From a virus (lineage: Duplodnaviria; Caudoviricetes), in IMG/VR virus record IMGVR_UViG_3300009184_000050, positions 1-59,329 of that record: DNA of 59,329 bases; one strand, 5' to 3'. Within the stretch, counting starts at the first letter, position 1; every line of letters begins with the position of its first letter. This document shows, piece by piece, positions 28,258-38,404 of this stretch. The notes under the pieces are model-generated. The model did not search any database, had not been told where the DNA came from, and worked only from the letters and a program-made list of their open reading frames with translations. The translations under genes were made by a program, and so were the position numbers.

Positions 28258-29011
28258 TCTACATTTAGAATTTGGTCCATTAGAATTACCAGGTGGTGAA
28301 GTACTAATCTTGGCCGGTGATATTTGCGAATACCGAACATTTAAAAAAAGAAAACCAAATGCTACTGAATTCTTTGAAAATCAGTGTGCTAAATATGACC
28401 GTGTGTTTATGGTAAGTGGTAACCATGAATCTTATCATCATAGACTAGATAAAACCCACGAAGATTTTAAAGCAATATTGCCCAACAATGTTACAATATT
28501 AGAAAATGAAACAGTAGACTATAATGGTATAGTATTTATGGGCGCTACTATGTGGACTGACCTTAATCAGAATGATCCTGTTACTGAGATGACAGTTAAG
28601 GACGGAATGAATGATTATAGGGCCATACAAAACTATTATGCTGACAAAGACCTATACTACAAACTAACACCTGACCATACCTATAGTTTACATAAAAATA
28701 CACTAGATTATTTTAAAACTAGTTTGGCTGAATATCCGGATCGTGAAGTAGTAGTTATTACTCATCATGCTCCATCATATCAAAGTATCCATGAAAGATA
28801 TAGGAATAATCATCATATGAGCGGTGCTTATGCAAGTGACCTAAGTGAATTTATATTAGATCATCCGCAGATTAAGGTTTGGTGTCATGGGCATGTCCAT
28901 GACTTTTTTGAATATCGTATTGGTTCTACTAGAGTGGTTTGCAATCCTCGTGGTTATGTTGGATATGAAAATGGCCCACATGATTTTCAATTATATGATT
29001 TGGATATCTGA
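28235..29011 (+). CDS. Calcineurin-like metallophosphoesterase
   Basis: SDLH, AGD, GNHE, THHAP, HGHVH, NPRGY. Confidence 0.92.
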   Translation: MKIELASDLHLEFGPLELPGGEVLILAGDICEYRTFKKRKPNATEFFENQCAKYDRVFMVSGNHESYHHRLDKTHEDFKAILPNNVTILENETVDYNGIVFMGATMWTDLNQNDPVTEMTVKDGMNDYRAIQNYYADKDLYYKLTPDHTYSLHKNTLDYFKTSLAEYPDREVVVITHHAPSYQSIHERYRNNHHMSGAYASDLSEFILDHPQIKVWCHGHVHDFFEYRIGSTRVVCNPRGYVGYENGPHDFQLYDLDI

Positions 29012-29108
29012 GTAATCAATTTATCCAAAACATATTGCATTATTATACACAGTATTGTATAATATCTTCAAGTTGTGAAAAACAACTTTTTACTAAAGGA
29101 AATTTAAA

Positions 29109-29372
29109 ATGAATGTAACTAAACAAGAACAATTGCTTGAAGCACTTCAGGCTGGTGAACAACTTACCACAAAGCAAATTGCTGATCGTTTTGGTATTGC
29201 TAACCCAACTGCTACAGTAAGCAATCTTCGTTTGAATGAAGGTTTTGCTATCTACGCAAACAAGCGTACCGATACTAATGGCAAAACCTTTACTAAATAT
29301 CGTTTGGGTCGCCCAAGTCGTGCAGTAGTTGCCGCAGGCTATCGTGCAATTGCAGCCGGATTTGTTTCTTAA
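29109..29372 (+). CDS. Winged-helix DNA-binding protein
   Basis: LTTKQIADRFGIANPTATVSNLR..GFAIY. Confidence 0.75.
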   Translation: MNVTKQEQLLEALQAGEQLTTKQIADRFGIANPTATVSNLRLNEGFAIYANKRTDTNGKTFTKYRLGRPSRAVVAAGYRAIAAGFVS

Positions 29373-29390
29373 TTTTTTAGGAAACTAAAC

Positions 29391-29424
29391 AGAAAGGTAA
29401 AGGGAATAAAAACCCTTTACCTTT
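29391..29424. terminator. Hairpin terminator
   Basis: GAAAGGTAAAGGG...CCCTTTACCTTTC. Confidence 0.7.
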
Positions 29425-29445
29425 CCTTACGTTCTAAGGTGTAAA

Positions 29446-29724
29446 ATGGATGATAATGTTAAAGAAATTCTTTTGATTATGCAAGAAGAATGTGCTGAAG
29501 TAACTCAGGCTATTAGCAAATGTTTTAGGTTTGGTCTAGACAATCACAAACCGAGTAAGCCCAAAACTAATAAAGAACACCTAGAAGAAGAGTTAGGCGA
29601 TTTAGTAGCAATGATTACTCTATTAGAGATACATGGAGTTGTCAGTCAATATAATATAGAAAAAGCTAAACTAGCTAAATTTGAAAAGCTAAAGACTTGG
29701 TCTAACATTACAATTAATAAATAA
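29446..29724 (+). CDS. MazG-like NTP pyrophosphohydrolase
   Basis: QEECAEVTQAISK..RFG...LEEELGDL. Confidence 0.85.
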   Translation: MDDNVKEILLIMQEECAEVTQAISKCFRFGLDNHKPSKPKTNKEHLEEELGDLVAMITLLEIHGVVSQYNIEKAKLAKFEKLKTWSNITINK

Positions 29725-29728
29725 GATT

Positions 29729-30079
29729 ATGGATAATATTTGGGATTTCATATTGATTTTTTTATTGGGCTGGACTGTTGGAGTAAAGTTCTATATGTAT
29801 AGATTAGAAAAAGGCCTAAAAGAGTATGCAAAAGATAATGGTATTAAAATAGAAGAGGTAGATGGTAAACCATCTATTGTCCCTACACTAATAGTAGAAA
29901 TTCAAGAAGGTGTTTTATATCTTTATGACAAAAAAAGTAAAAATTTTGTATGCCAAGGTAAAACCTTAGATGAAGTTGCAAACCTATTAGAAAATTATAA
30001 TAAAATTCCTCAAGCAAGAATAGAGTATCTTAACCGCATTCTTTTGATTGAAAAAGGCAAAGTATATTATGAAAGTTAA
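29729..30079 (+). CDS. Membrane-anchored hypothetical protein
   Basis: N-terminal TM helix; LYLYD....FVCQG. Confidence 0.75.
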   Translation: MDNIWDFILIFLLGWTVGVKFYMYRLEKGLKEYAKDNGIKIEEVDGKPSIVPTLIVEIQEGVLYLYDKKSKNFVCQGKTLDEVANLLENYNKIPQARIEYLNRILLIEKGKVYYES

Positions 30080-30485
30080 TATTGGGCCTTTTAACCCAAA
30101 TCATAATCGTAGAAAAATTAAAGTTCATGTTGATTATTTTGACACTTTAAGTTTAGACCACACCCTATCACTTATAATCTTACCTTGTTTGATTCAGTTA
30201 AAGAATTCTCAACCGGGTAGTCCTATGATTATTACATCAGACTCGGATCCAAATCAGATTACATTTGATTACTTTGAAGATGATTTGGAAAGCTTATACT
30301 TTGAAAAAAACGACGAAGCGTGGGATGAAATATTAGATAAAATGATTTGGTCTTTTCAACAGCTAGCGTTTGACCGTGAAAATAATATTTTCAAACTTGA
30401 TGCAGGTGCCCGAGTATTATACGACGACCGTATACAAGAAGGGTTAAATTTGTTTAGTAAATATTACAAGGCCTTGTGGGATTAA
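30069..30485 (+). CDS. Hypothetical phage protein
   Basis: DHTLS.II.P.L.QLK...WDEILDKMIWSF...GL.LF.KYY.ALWD. Confidence 0.8.
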   Translation: MKVNIGPFNPNHNRRKIKVHVDYFDTLSLDHTLSLIILPCLIQLKNSQPGSPMIITSDSDPNQITFDYFEDDLESLYFEKNDEAWDEILDKMIWSFQQLAFDRENNIFKLDAGARVLYDDRIQEGLNLFSKYYKALWD

Positions 30486-30486
30486 A

Positions 30487-30720
30487 ATGAATTTTATTAA
30501 TATATTATCAGGTCTAGAACAATTAACTGGCAACAGTAGTAAACACATAAGTAAAAAGCAATATGAATTGTTTTGCAAAGAGTTTGTTTTTGAAAAACTT
30601 AAGGGTACCAGTTTTGCAGAATCTTTTTGCAAAAAGTTTAAGTTCAATGATACCTTCTTAAAAAATTTAAGTGACGAAACAGCCAAATATCATATTGAAA
30701 TGTTGGGATATATCAAATGA
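30487..30720 (+). CDS. Hypothetical protein
   Basis: Operon-packed ORF. Confidence 0.7.
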   Translation: MNFINILSGLEQLTGNSSKHISKKQYELFCKEFVFEKLKGTSFAESFCKKFKFNDTFLKNLSDETAKYHIEMLGYIK

Positions 30721-30726
30721 CTCAGA

Positions 30727-30933
30727 ATGTTAACCGTTACTGAATACAGTTACAGAACCGACATTAGTGTTCCATATGGTTCATTGAACTCTCTATTAGA
30801 ATGGTGCAAAACAAATTGTAAGGACAATTGGGGATGGCATATGATATCACCGTCTGGTGAAAAACCCGGATTATATAAATTTCATTTTATGAGCGAAGCT
30901 GACCAAATAAACTTTATTCTGTGGCAAAAATGA
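30727..30933 (+). CDS. Hypothetical protein
   Basis: Operon-packed ORF. Confidence 0.7.
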   Translation: MLTVTEYSYRTDISVPYGSLNSLLEWCKTNCKDNWGWHMISPSGEKPGLYKFHFMSEADQINFILWQK

Positions 30934-31166
30934 TTCATTACACTTTTAAACGTGAGTCAAATGACTTTACCGATATCCTAAAAGATTCTTCTCTTAAAAA
31001 AGAAATTGATTTCCAATTATCATGGAATAAACATATTCTATTGGGCTTTAGAGATGATGTACCCCAAAAAATATTAGGGTACATTGTAATTAAATATGGT
31101 GAAGAAATTGTGAATCCATTTGAATTTGATTATATTCCAAACGGTATCCACATCCAAACACCTTGA
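30930..31166 (+). CDS. Hypothetical protein
   Basis: ATG 30930 overlaps the previous gene's end. Confidence 0.65.
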   Translation: MIHYTFKRESNDFTDILKDSSLKKEIDFQLSWNKHILLGFRDDVPQKILGYIVIKYGEEIVNPFEFDYIPNGIHIQTP

Positions 31167-31675
31167 CTCATCAATAGACCTGCTATTGATCCTACAACAA
31201 GACTAGCCCAAAACAATGACATACTAACTGCTAGTATACTTGCGGTTAGTAATACTATAGCTATTTGAAACGCAGAACCAGCAAAAGTCAACCAAGGACT
31301 TCTTTTGCGAATTTCATCACGCTCGGCTTCTAAAGCACGGGCTTTAGCCATTAGTTCCTTTTTACCTTCTCCCTTTTCAGGATCGCTTTCATAACGATCT
31401 ATTTTGGCTTGTAATTTCGCAGCCTTTTCAGGTTGTTTTTTATATTCTGCGTCATCTTTGGCCATTTCGGCTAGAGTTTGTTTTATGCTTTTTGCTTGAT
31501 AAAATGCCCAAGTGTCATTAGCCTTTATAGTATTGTTTAATACCTTACTAGAATTATTACCTGCAATATAAGTGTTTATAGCAAGTAGTGCAGCTAGTAC
31601 TGTGATTACCCAACCTGCTTTATCTTTTATGTGTGCTTCACGTTCCGAACGTGATTCTTTTTTAATCTCAGTCAT
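31130..31675 (-). CDS. DUF4337-like membrane protein
   Basis: TM, ANDTWAFYQAKSIKQ, coiled coil, FQIAIVL.TASIL, TM. Confidence 0.8.
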   Translation of the reverse strand: MTEIKKESRSEREAHIKDKAGWVITVLAALLAINTYIAGNNSSKVLNNTIKANDTWAFYQAKSIKQTLAEMAKDDAEYKKQPEKAAKLQAKIDRYESDPEKGEGKKELMAKARALEAERDEIRKRSPWLTFAGSAFQIAIVLLTASILAVSMSLFWASLVVGSIAGLLMSQGVWMWIPFGI

Positions 31676-31686
31676 TATTATTTCTT

Positions 31687-32595
31687 TTACTGGTTAATTG
31701 TGGTTGGGGCCGCGTTTCCTCTTGTTGTGGTTGAGGTTGAGGTTGAGGTTGAGGTTGATGGTCCTCTTGTTGTGGTTGTGGTTGATGGTCCTCTTGTTGT
31801 GGTTGTGATGGTTGGAGTAGGAGGTATTGGACCTACAGGCTGGTTAATTTGAGTTTTGCTGATAACCCAATAGTCAGCAGAGATTGCAGGGTTTTCTATA
31901 ACTTGATAGGGCATGTAGAAATAGCCATAGTCTCCCCAACCCGGACCCCATGAATTTCTAACTATAAACCTAGAATCTATATCACGGTAACCAACAATAC
32001 ACACTGCATGTGCACCTAATAATCTTTCTCTCCCCAAATCGGGATAAGGCATCAGCCCCGTGCTATTAATATTAAAAAAACTACCATATACATTGAATCC
32101 AACTATTACCGGATTACCTGCTGCTACAGCAGCTTTTACGGAGTTAAAGTCTACACATCTTTGATATCCTGTTACTTTACGTCTTGCAGCATCTGCATAG
32201 GCTCCTAAATTAGGTTTAATTTTAAATTTACTAATATCATGTGGCCAATAATATTCAAGTGGAGCGCCCTTTTTATTTACTACTTTTAGTCCATCACGTA
32301 TCCAAGCACCTGAATCACGATTAACTGTACCTAGTAATACACGTTCTTCATAATATATAAACAGTCTGCTTATTTCAAAATTCTTATTATAAAGTTTACG
32401 ATCAATTAATTCTATAGCACCTGCTATAGCCTGACCAGTACATGATCCTAAACTACCTTGATCTTCAATAGAACTAGCCCATCTACGTAAATCAACTAGT
32501 GGGGGTTGATTTGATATAGTTATAGAAGGGGTGTATATGTAGTCTCTAGCATCATATTTGTCACGCATTAAATGTAAACTTTGATATTTGAACAT
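31687..32595 (-). CDS. Papain-like cysteine peptidase (C1) with Thr-rich tail
   Basis: QGSLGSC, HAVCIVGY, RNSWG catalytic motifs; TTTTRGPST repeats. Confidence 0.92.
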   Translation of the reverse strand: MFKYQSLHLMRDKYDARDYIYTPSITISNQPPLVDLRRWASSIEDQGSLGSCTGQAIAGAIELIDRKLYNKNFEISRLFIYYEERVLLGTVNRDSGAWIRDGLKVVNKKGAPLEYYWPHDISKFKIKPNLGAYADAARRKVTGYQRCVDFNSVKAAVAAGNPVIVGFNVYGSFFNINSTGLMPYPDLGRERLLGAHAVCIVGYRDIDSRFIVRNSWGPGWGDYGYFYMPYQVIENPAISADYWVISKTQINQPVGPIPPTPTITTTTRGPSTTTTTRGPSTSTSTSTSTTTRGNAAPTTINQ

Positions 32596-32684
32596 TATTG
32601 TGGGCTCCTATATCATTATTTATGAAAAAATTTTCAAATAGATAGTGTTACGATTAAATATTATAAAATTAGTAAGGCGATTAA

Positions 32685-32858
32685 ATGATATATGATTTTA
32701 TTGAAATAGGTACTAGTAATATAGAAACTCTCATTGAACACGCTGATGATAATACCATTGGTTTGATTATGAAGAGTTCAAGGCACTGGCTCGCAGCCAA
32801 AGATTCTCCTTACCGATTAGAATTGAGCCTGATAATTAAATATATAAATAAAAGATGA
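32685..32858 (+). pseudogene. Truncated FkbM-like methyltransferase fragment
   Basis: MIYDFIEIGTSNIETLIEHADDNTIGL matches the 35680 N-terminus, then similarity is lost. Confidence 0.75.
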
Positions 32859-33451
32859 GCACTCTAAGAGAACAGTTTACCCTAGAAGAAATGCTTGAAA
32901 AGACTTTTTCGAGTCACCGCAATCGCAGAGATTCATTTGCAAAAATGATTGCACATCTCAAAACTATTAACAATCCGTTAATCATAGAAACAGGATGTAG
33001 TCGGGAAACAAATAATTGGGCAGGTGACGGAATGAGCACAATTATTTTTGACAAATATATCAATGATTACAATGGTGTGCTACACTCTGTTGATATAGAT
33101 GAAAACAATGTTAGAACAGCCGCTGCACTAGTTAGTGATAAAACAACTGTGCATTGTTCCGACAGTGTGGCATGGTTATGGAATTTTAATCAACGTAATA
33201 CAAAAATTGATCTGCTGTATCTTGACAGTTTTGATTATCATGATGATAGTAGACTTAGTAGTATGCAGCATCATATGTATGAATTAGCTGCTATATTACC
33301 TAGTCTTAAAAATGGCACTATGATTGCAGTAGATGACCACTTTGGTGATCACGGTAAGGGCGAATTAGTAAAACAATTTATGGAACAGATTGGTGTTCCT
33401 ATGATACATAACGATTACCAACTAATTTGGCAATGGACTAAAGATGTTTAA
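32855..33451 (+). CDS. Class I SAM methyltransferase (Methyltransf_24-like)
   Basis: IIETG, SVDID, SDSV, DLLYLDS, AVDD. Confidence 0.85.
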   Translation: MSTLREQFTLEEMLEKTFSSHRNRRDSFAKMIAHLKTINNPLIIETGCSRETNNWAGDGMSTIIFDKYINDYNGVLHSVDIDENNVRTAAALVSDKTTVHCSDSVAWLWNFNQRNTKIDLLYLDSFDYHDDSRLSSMQHHMYELAAILPSLKNGTMIAVDDHFGDHGKGELVKQFMEQIGVPMIHNDYQLIWQWTKDV

Positions 33452-33459
33452 CTAATCAC

Positions 33460-34221
33460 ATGACTAATTATTTAAACAAACCTATAAAAATTCTAAATCT
33501 CAATCATACTCATGTCGGTAATTTGAGAATGGGTGATTTAGTGTATGTGCTATATCGTTTAGAAGATGAGAGAAGGAAACACCCAACGCATTATTTAAAA
33601 TTTTACCTACCAGACGAAATCTTAGCTCTTCGGGAATCTTGGGGTACGGTAACGTCAGATTTTCGTTTGCATTTTAAATGGTGGTTGGAAGAGAGAACGG
33701 ATTATTTTAGCAAAACACCGGGCGAAGAAGACTTCCCCGGTATGGCATTAGCTGTGTGGGGTATGCAGCCAATACTAAACGATTTAGTTAAAATACACAA
33801 TCCTGAGCCCATGAAAAAGAAAATAGCCATATTTCCTTTGATTGATGCTACTTATGATATAGAGCGCAATTGGCCTCGTAGGGTACTAGATGATATATTA
33901 AGAGAATATAGTCAGTACGAAGATTATGAACGTGTTATCTGTTGTGCTAACAAAATTGATTCAATTGATCCTTACAATTTTACCTTCAGTACTGATTTTC
34001 ATGCTAATTTACAGCATTTATTAGAATGTGAAATTTTTGTAGGTGGATCAACGGGTTTTACTGCATTAGCCGGAGCTTTATATAAACCCGAGCGTAAAAT
34101 GGAATATTATTATGCAGAAGGGAAGCACGGTTGGTGGGACTCTACTGTAGCATTACCGTTTACCAAACAGGGTACGCCAATATTTTACCAAAGACTTCCA
34201 ACAGATAGTTGGGATTACTAA
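33460..34221 (+). CDS. Putative GT-B glycosyltransferase (GT9-like)
   Basis: RMGDLV; CEIFVGGSTGFTALA. Confidence 0.55.
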   Translation: MTNYLNKPIKILNLNHTHVGNLRMGDLVYVLYRLEDERRKHPTHYLKFYLPDEILALRESWGTVTSDFRLHFKWWLEERTDYFSKTPGEEDFPGMALAVWGMQPILNDLVKIHNPEPMKKKIAIFPLIDATYDIERNWPRRVLDDILREYSQYEDYERVICCANKIDSIDPYNFTFSTDFHANLQHLLECEIFVGGSTGFTALAGALYKPERKMEYYYAEGKHGWWDSTVALPFTKQGTPIFYQRLPTDSWDY

Positions 34222-34266
34222 TTTGAATCTGATCGATACCTTCTTGTTATTGTTAGGCAAACCCCT

Positions 34267-34758
34267 ATGGATTTAATAGAATATAAAAATAAAAAATATC
34301 CACATTTCCAAACAATAGGTAACGCAAGTCAATTTGCTATCCCTTATGCAAAATATTTTTGTAATGGTGACGGGTTTGATATCGGCTGCAATAGAATTGA
34401 ATGGGCCTTTCCAAGTGCACAACCTATTGACTTGAACCTTGATGACGAATGGCACGCCTTGCATTTGCCTAATAGACAAGTAGACTATATATTCTCCAGC
34501 CATTGTCTTGAACACTTACCAAATTGGGTAGATGCCTTAGATTATTGGGGAACTAAACTTAAAACAAATGGCGTTTTGTTTTTATATCTCCCGGACTATA
34601 GTCAAGAATATTGGCGACCTTGGAACAATAGAAAACACATCCATATATTAAATGTTAATATAATCCAGGATTATTTAGAAGATAAAAAATACATCAATGT
34701 CTTTTATACTGGCACGGATCTGAATAATAGTTTCATGATCGTAGCTGAAAAAGTTTGA
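34267..34758 (+). CDS. SAM methyltransferase (type 11-like)
   Basis: DIGC; DYIFSSHCLEH; LK.NGVLFLYLP. Confidence 0.85.
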   Translation: MDLIEYKNKKYPHFQTIGNASQFAIPYAKYFCNGDGFDIGCNRIEWAFPSAQPIDLNLDDEWHALHLPNRQVDYIFSSHCLEHLPNWVDALDYWGTKLKTNGVLFLYLPDYSQEYWRPWNNRKHIHILNVNIIQDYLEDKKYINVFYTGTDLNNSFMIVAEKV

Positions 34759-34819
34759 CTGATGAGATTGAGCGTAAATACTTGTAAATAATATTTACAA
34801 TTTAATTAGGAATCTAAAA

Positions 34820-35032
34820 ATGTTTTTCCCACCGTATAAAGGTTTAGAATGTCAGCAACAGGAGCACTTCCTTACAGTCTTTGAAAAATTTTTTAAAGAA
34901 GTTAATCCAACAACAATCGTGGAAATTGGCACTGGATCTGGCGGAACCAGTCTAGCATTAGTTGATTTATTGCACAACTTAGGGCAGTCACCCACTTTCA
35001 TAAGTTATGAAACACATCCTAGAAATTCATGA
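34820..35032 (+). pseudogene. Truncated SAM methyltransferase
   Basis: IVEIGTGSGGT...ISYE; stops exactly at repeat copy 2. Confidence 0.75.
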
Positions 35033-35086
35033 AAAAATTTTCAAATGGATGGTGTTGTGATTAAATATTGTATACTTAGAGATATT

Positions 35087-35680
35087 ATGATTGACGAACT
35101 TTTTAAAAACAAACCCAATTCTATTCACGATGTAATACCCAGTACCTTCTTTACAAAATACGACTCTTACGACTATATATGGAGTGGAACCTGTTATGAA
35201 TGGTATTGGGCAGTAGCGAAAACCATTAAGCCAAAAACCTTTATGGAAATTGGAGTAAAACTCGGTTTCAGTTTTTTATCAACTTTAGCAGCAACCGATA
35301 CTATAGAATATGCACTTGGTTGGGATTTACAGACATATGGCAGCGATCATAATGAAATTTCTAGGGCTAACATTACTGAATATTATAAAGGTACTAGCCG
35401 TTGGGAAATTCTACACATGGACAGCCAAGCTCAATCCGAATTACCTCAATTTTTTGATCTTGTTTCAATTGACGGATGCCATGACTATAACTGTAAAATC
35501 CACGATTTAAACATTGCTGCTAAAAACTGTAGATATATCATATTAGATGATTATGATTATCTGCCAAATGTTAGGAATAGTGTTAGTCAATGGATGCGAG
35601 ATAACGTAAAAATAATTGATTGGGCTTTATACATTCCTACCTTTAGAGGCAGTCAATTAATTAAAATTAAGGAACATTGA
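35087..35680 (+). CDS. SAM methyltransferase (Methyltransf_24-like)
   Basis: MEIGVKLGFS; DLVSIDGCHDY; ILDDY. Confidence 0.85.
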   Translation: MIDELFKNKPNSIHDVIPSTFFTKYDSYDYIWSGTCYEWYWAVAKTIKPKTFMEIGVKLGFSFLSTLAATDTIEYALGWDLQTYGSDHNEISRANITEYYKGTSRWEILHMDSQAQSELPQFFDLVSIDGCHDYNCKIHDLNIAAKNCRYIILDDYDYLPNVRNSVSQWMRDNVKIIDWALYIPTFRGSQLIKIKEH

Positions 35681-36930
35681 TGCATTATGATTTTATAGAA
35701 ATTGGAACTAGTAAGTTTTCAACTCTGATCGAGGATGCCGATGACTCTATAGTGGGACTGTCGGTAGAACCTCTAAGTCACTATCTTGACAAACTACCTA
35801 GTCCTAAAAATGTAAAAAAACTTGCTATTGGTATAAGTTTCAACAATATAGAAGAAGATATTGAAATCTATCATTTACCTGATCAATATGACGATGGTAA
35901 AACCTATGCATTTTGGATGTTTGGTTGCAATAGTACGAACGAATATCATCCCGAGCACATAAAGCATAACATCACACATCTTATAGAACGCACCAAAGTA
36001 CGAGCCATACCAATAGGCAAACTATTTGAAGATTATGATGTTACAAGTCTAACCCATCTTAAAATCGATACCGAAGGTGGTGATTCATCTATCATGATAC
36101 ATTTAGCGCAGTGGTTTGCGGACAATCCTGGGCGCTGTCATTGGCCAGAAAAAATACAATACGAAACTAATCATACTACACCCGGCAACATAATAGAACA
36201 ATCTAGAGTTATTTGGCAACAGCTGGGTTACAAGATGATGTGGGAAGGAGCAGATACTTGGATGTATAGAGATGAACTACCACCAGATCCAGTGATTCAA
36301 AGGATAAAAAGTTGGGATCCCAACAATCTAGATGCTTGGGCTCAAGAATTTAGGGATTTTAATCATTACTGGCATCATTGGCATTGCCATCACTATGCAG
36401 GGAAAAATATCTCAGACAAAGGCTGCGCTCACGATTATCTAGATGGTTACTATGGCAAAGAATTCGCCAATCGTGACCGTGATATTACCTTAGTTGAAAT
36501 TGGCATAGGTGATGGTTATAGCTTGGTACTATGGCGAGAATGGTTTAGGCGAGCTAAAATATATGCTATTGAATTGAATCCTCATGGTTATTTTCACAAA
36601 GAACCTTGGACTATTCCTGGAGCCACAAGTATTTTTGCCGATGCTTATCTACCTGAAACAGCTAACTTGTTTGAAAACAATAGTATAGACTATCTGATTG
36701 ATGATGGCAATCACACCATTGAAAATCAGACCCTATGTATTCAACTGTATTTTAGCAAAATTAAACCCGGCGGTAAGATCATCATAGAAGACGTTCGGCA
36801 ACTTGAGTATTGTTATGAATTTGAAAATTATTTACGTTCAAATAATTTTGCTGCCCATACTCAAATACTAGATTTGAGAGATAGAAAAGGACGAGATGAT
36901 GACATTATATTTGAAATAACAAAACTATGA
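35680..36930 (+). CDS. Tandem methyltransferase (FkbM-like plus Methyltransf_24-like)
   Basis: FIEIGTS..VEP..LKIDTEG; second domain VEIGIGDGYS..IDDGNH..KPGG.IIIEDV. Confidence 0.85.
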   Translation: MHYDFIEIGTSKFSTLIEDADDSIVGLSVEPLSHYLDKLPSPKNVKKLAIGISFNNIEEDIEIYHLPDQYDDGKTYAFWMFGCNSTNEYHPEHIKHNITHLIERTKVRAIPIGKLFEDYDVTSLTHLKIDTEGGDSSIMIHLAQWFADNPGRCHWPEKIQYETNHTTPGNIIEQSRVIWQQLGYKMMWEGADTWMYRDELPPDPVIQRIKSWDPNNLDAWAQEFRDFNHYWHHWHCHHYAGKNISDKGCAHDYLDGYYGKEFANRDRDITLVEIGIGDGYSLVLWREWFRRAKIYAIELNPHGYFHKEPWTIPGATSIFADAYLPETANLFENNSIDYLIDDGNHTIENQTLCIQLYFSKIKPGGKIIIEDVRQLEYCYEFENYLRSNNFAAHTQILDLRDRKGRDDDIIFEITKL

Positions 36931-37610
36931 TAGATAAAAAAATACACCAAATTTGGGTTGGTCACTATGATATACCAGCTAGGGAAAAGCGTATAGCAGA
37001 AGAAGTTGCTAATCAACATCCAAACTATGAATATAAGTTATGGACAGACAATAACTTACCAGTGATACCTGCACATTTGCAGCCCGTGTATGATAAAATG
37101 TATTCTCAACGTGATTATGTTTATTGTGCTGATATGCTGCGTTGGTTAGTAGTTTATCAATATGGTGGATGGTATCTTGATATTGATTGGGAATACATAT
37201 CAAATTTAGATGATATGAACATTGATCATAGATCAGGAATTGTGTTTGGACATTGGGGAGTAGGATGGCAACATTGCGACTATACTTTTACTAATAATGT
37301 TTTTGGATTTGAAAAAAATCACCCAATGGTACAAACGGTTATTAATAACATGGCACCAGATTTAAGTTACTGTTCTACACCATATGGTCCAGGTTGGACT
37401 GGTATTGCAGTTAAAAATCATTTAGGTCTAGAAAACGAATTTAGTAATGAAATATGGGAATACCATCGTATAGTTCGTGAACATCTTGAACAACATAATA
37501 TTGAATATGGCGATTATAATACTTTTCAAAATACAGTATTAAAACATCATGCACTTTATAGTTGGTGTGCAGAGAACAAATTAAAATTTGAGCAAGGTTT
37601 AATAAAGTGA
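36927..37610 (+). CDS. GT32-like glycosyltransferase (DxD)
   Basis: KKIHQIWVG; ADMLRW.VVYQYGGWYLDID. Confidence 0.9.
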   Translation: MIDKKIHQIWVGHYDIPAREKRIAEEVANQHPNYEYKLWTDNNLPVIPAHLQPVYDKMYSQRDYVYCADMLRWLVVYQYGGWYLDIDWEYISNLDDMNIDHRSGIVFGHWGVGWQHCDYTFTNNVFGFEKNHPMVQTVINNMAPDLSYCSTPYGPGWTGIAVKNHLGLENEFSNEIWEYHRIVREHLEQHNIEYGDYNTFQNTVLKHHALYSWCAENKLKFEQGLIK

Positions 37611-38404
37611 ATATATTAGTAATGACCAGTTGTAATAGAATCAAACAAGTACTATTAAGCCTGTCGTTAAACGCACAACTAATTCGTGAACCATTTAGTG
37701 TGGTTATAGTAGATAGCTCAACTCCTGAGATGCTAGCAGATAATCAATGTGTGCAGCATCAAAACGAAGATCCCTACAATGTAGTAAAACCCCATAATTA
37801 TTGCAGTGACGTAAACTTATTATATAGTGCCCATCATTATTTTCCAAATATTGAAGAATTTAAAGTTATACATACTAGACCAAGACTAGTGAAACAACGC
37901 GGAGATTCTACCTCTCTAGCATTGGGTTTTATGCAAGCGGCACTTATGGGTAATAGACATTCGCCCAAACAAAATTATGCACTAAAATTAACAGGTACAA
38001 GTATTCTCAAATATGATGTATTGGGAGAACTACCCACTCTATTAGCCAATCATGATGTAGTGACATGGCATAGAGCTAATATAGGGGGTGAAGAAAGATC
38101 TACTAGAATTATAGGATGTAAACCTGAAATCTTAGTTGGTATATTTGCTCGTGAGGGATGGCTTGAATATGTAGATGATAGTACTGGGATATTAGAACAA
38201 AGATATGCTAGAATAATAAATCGTAATATACCTGACAGAATTAATTATACGGGAAATGATGAAAATAGCTTGCTACTAGAAGGAGGCATGGCTATGCAAC
38301 AAGAATATGGTAGATCAAGGATTACACAATTTATCCAAGAACATAATATAGATACTAGTAAAACACCTTGGTTACAAGAATTCGTTAATGGGGGCATTTG
38401 GTGA
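37607..38404 (+). CDS. Putative GT-A-like protein
   Basis: ILVMTSCNR..VVIVDSS; LKLTG. Confidence 0.55.
   Translation: MNILVMTSCNRIKQVLLSLSLNAQLIREPFSVVIVDSSTPEMLADNQCVQHQNEDPYNVVKPHNYCSDVNLLYSAHHYFPNIEEFKVIHTRPRLVKQRGDSTSLALGFMQAALMGNRHSPKQNYALKLTGTSILKYDVLGELPTLLANHDVVTWHRANIGGEERSTRIIGCKPEILVGIFAREGWLEYVDDSTGILEQRYARIINRNIPDRINYTGNDENSLLLEGGMAMQQEYGRSRITQFIQEHNIDTSKTPWLQEFVNGGIW

Larger units (their letters stand above)
32622..35069 (+). repeat. 41-bp direct repeat (32622-32662 and 35029-35069) containing TAAATA
   Basis: ATGAAAAAATTTTCAAAT(A/G)GAT(A/G)GTGTT(AC/GT)GATTAAATATT, 37/41 identical. Confidence 0.85.

Noticed and set aside
32855-36930. DNA methyltransferases of a restriction-modification system
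   Set aside because: No DPPY/NPPY or PC catalytic motifs seen; motifs and glycosyltransferase context fit sugar O-methyltransferases.
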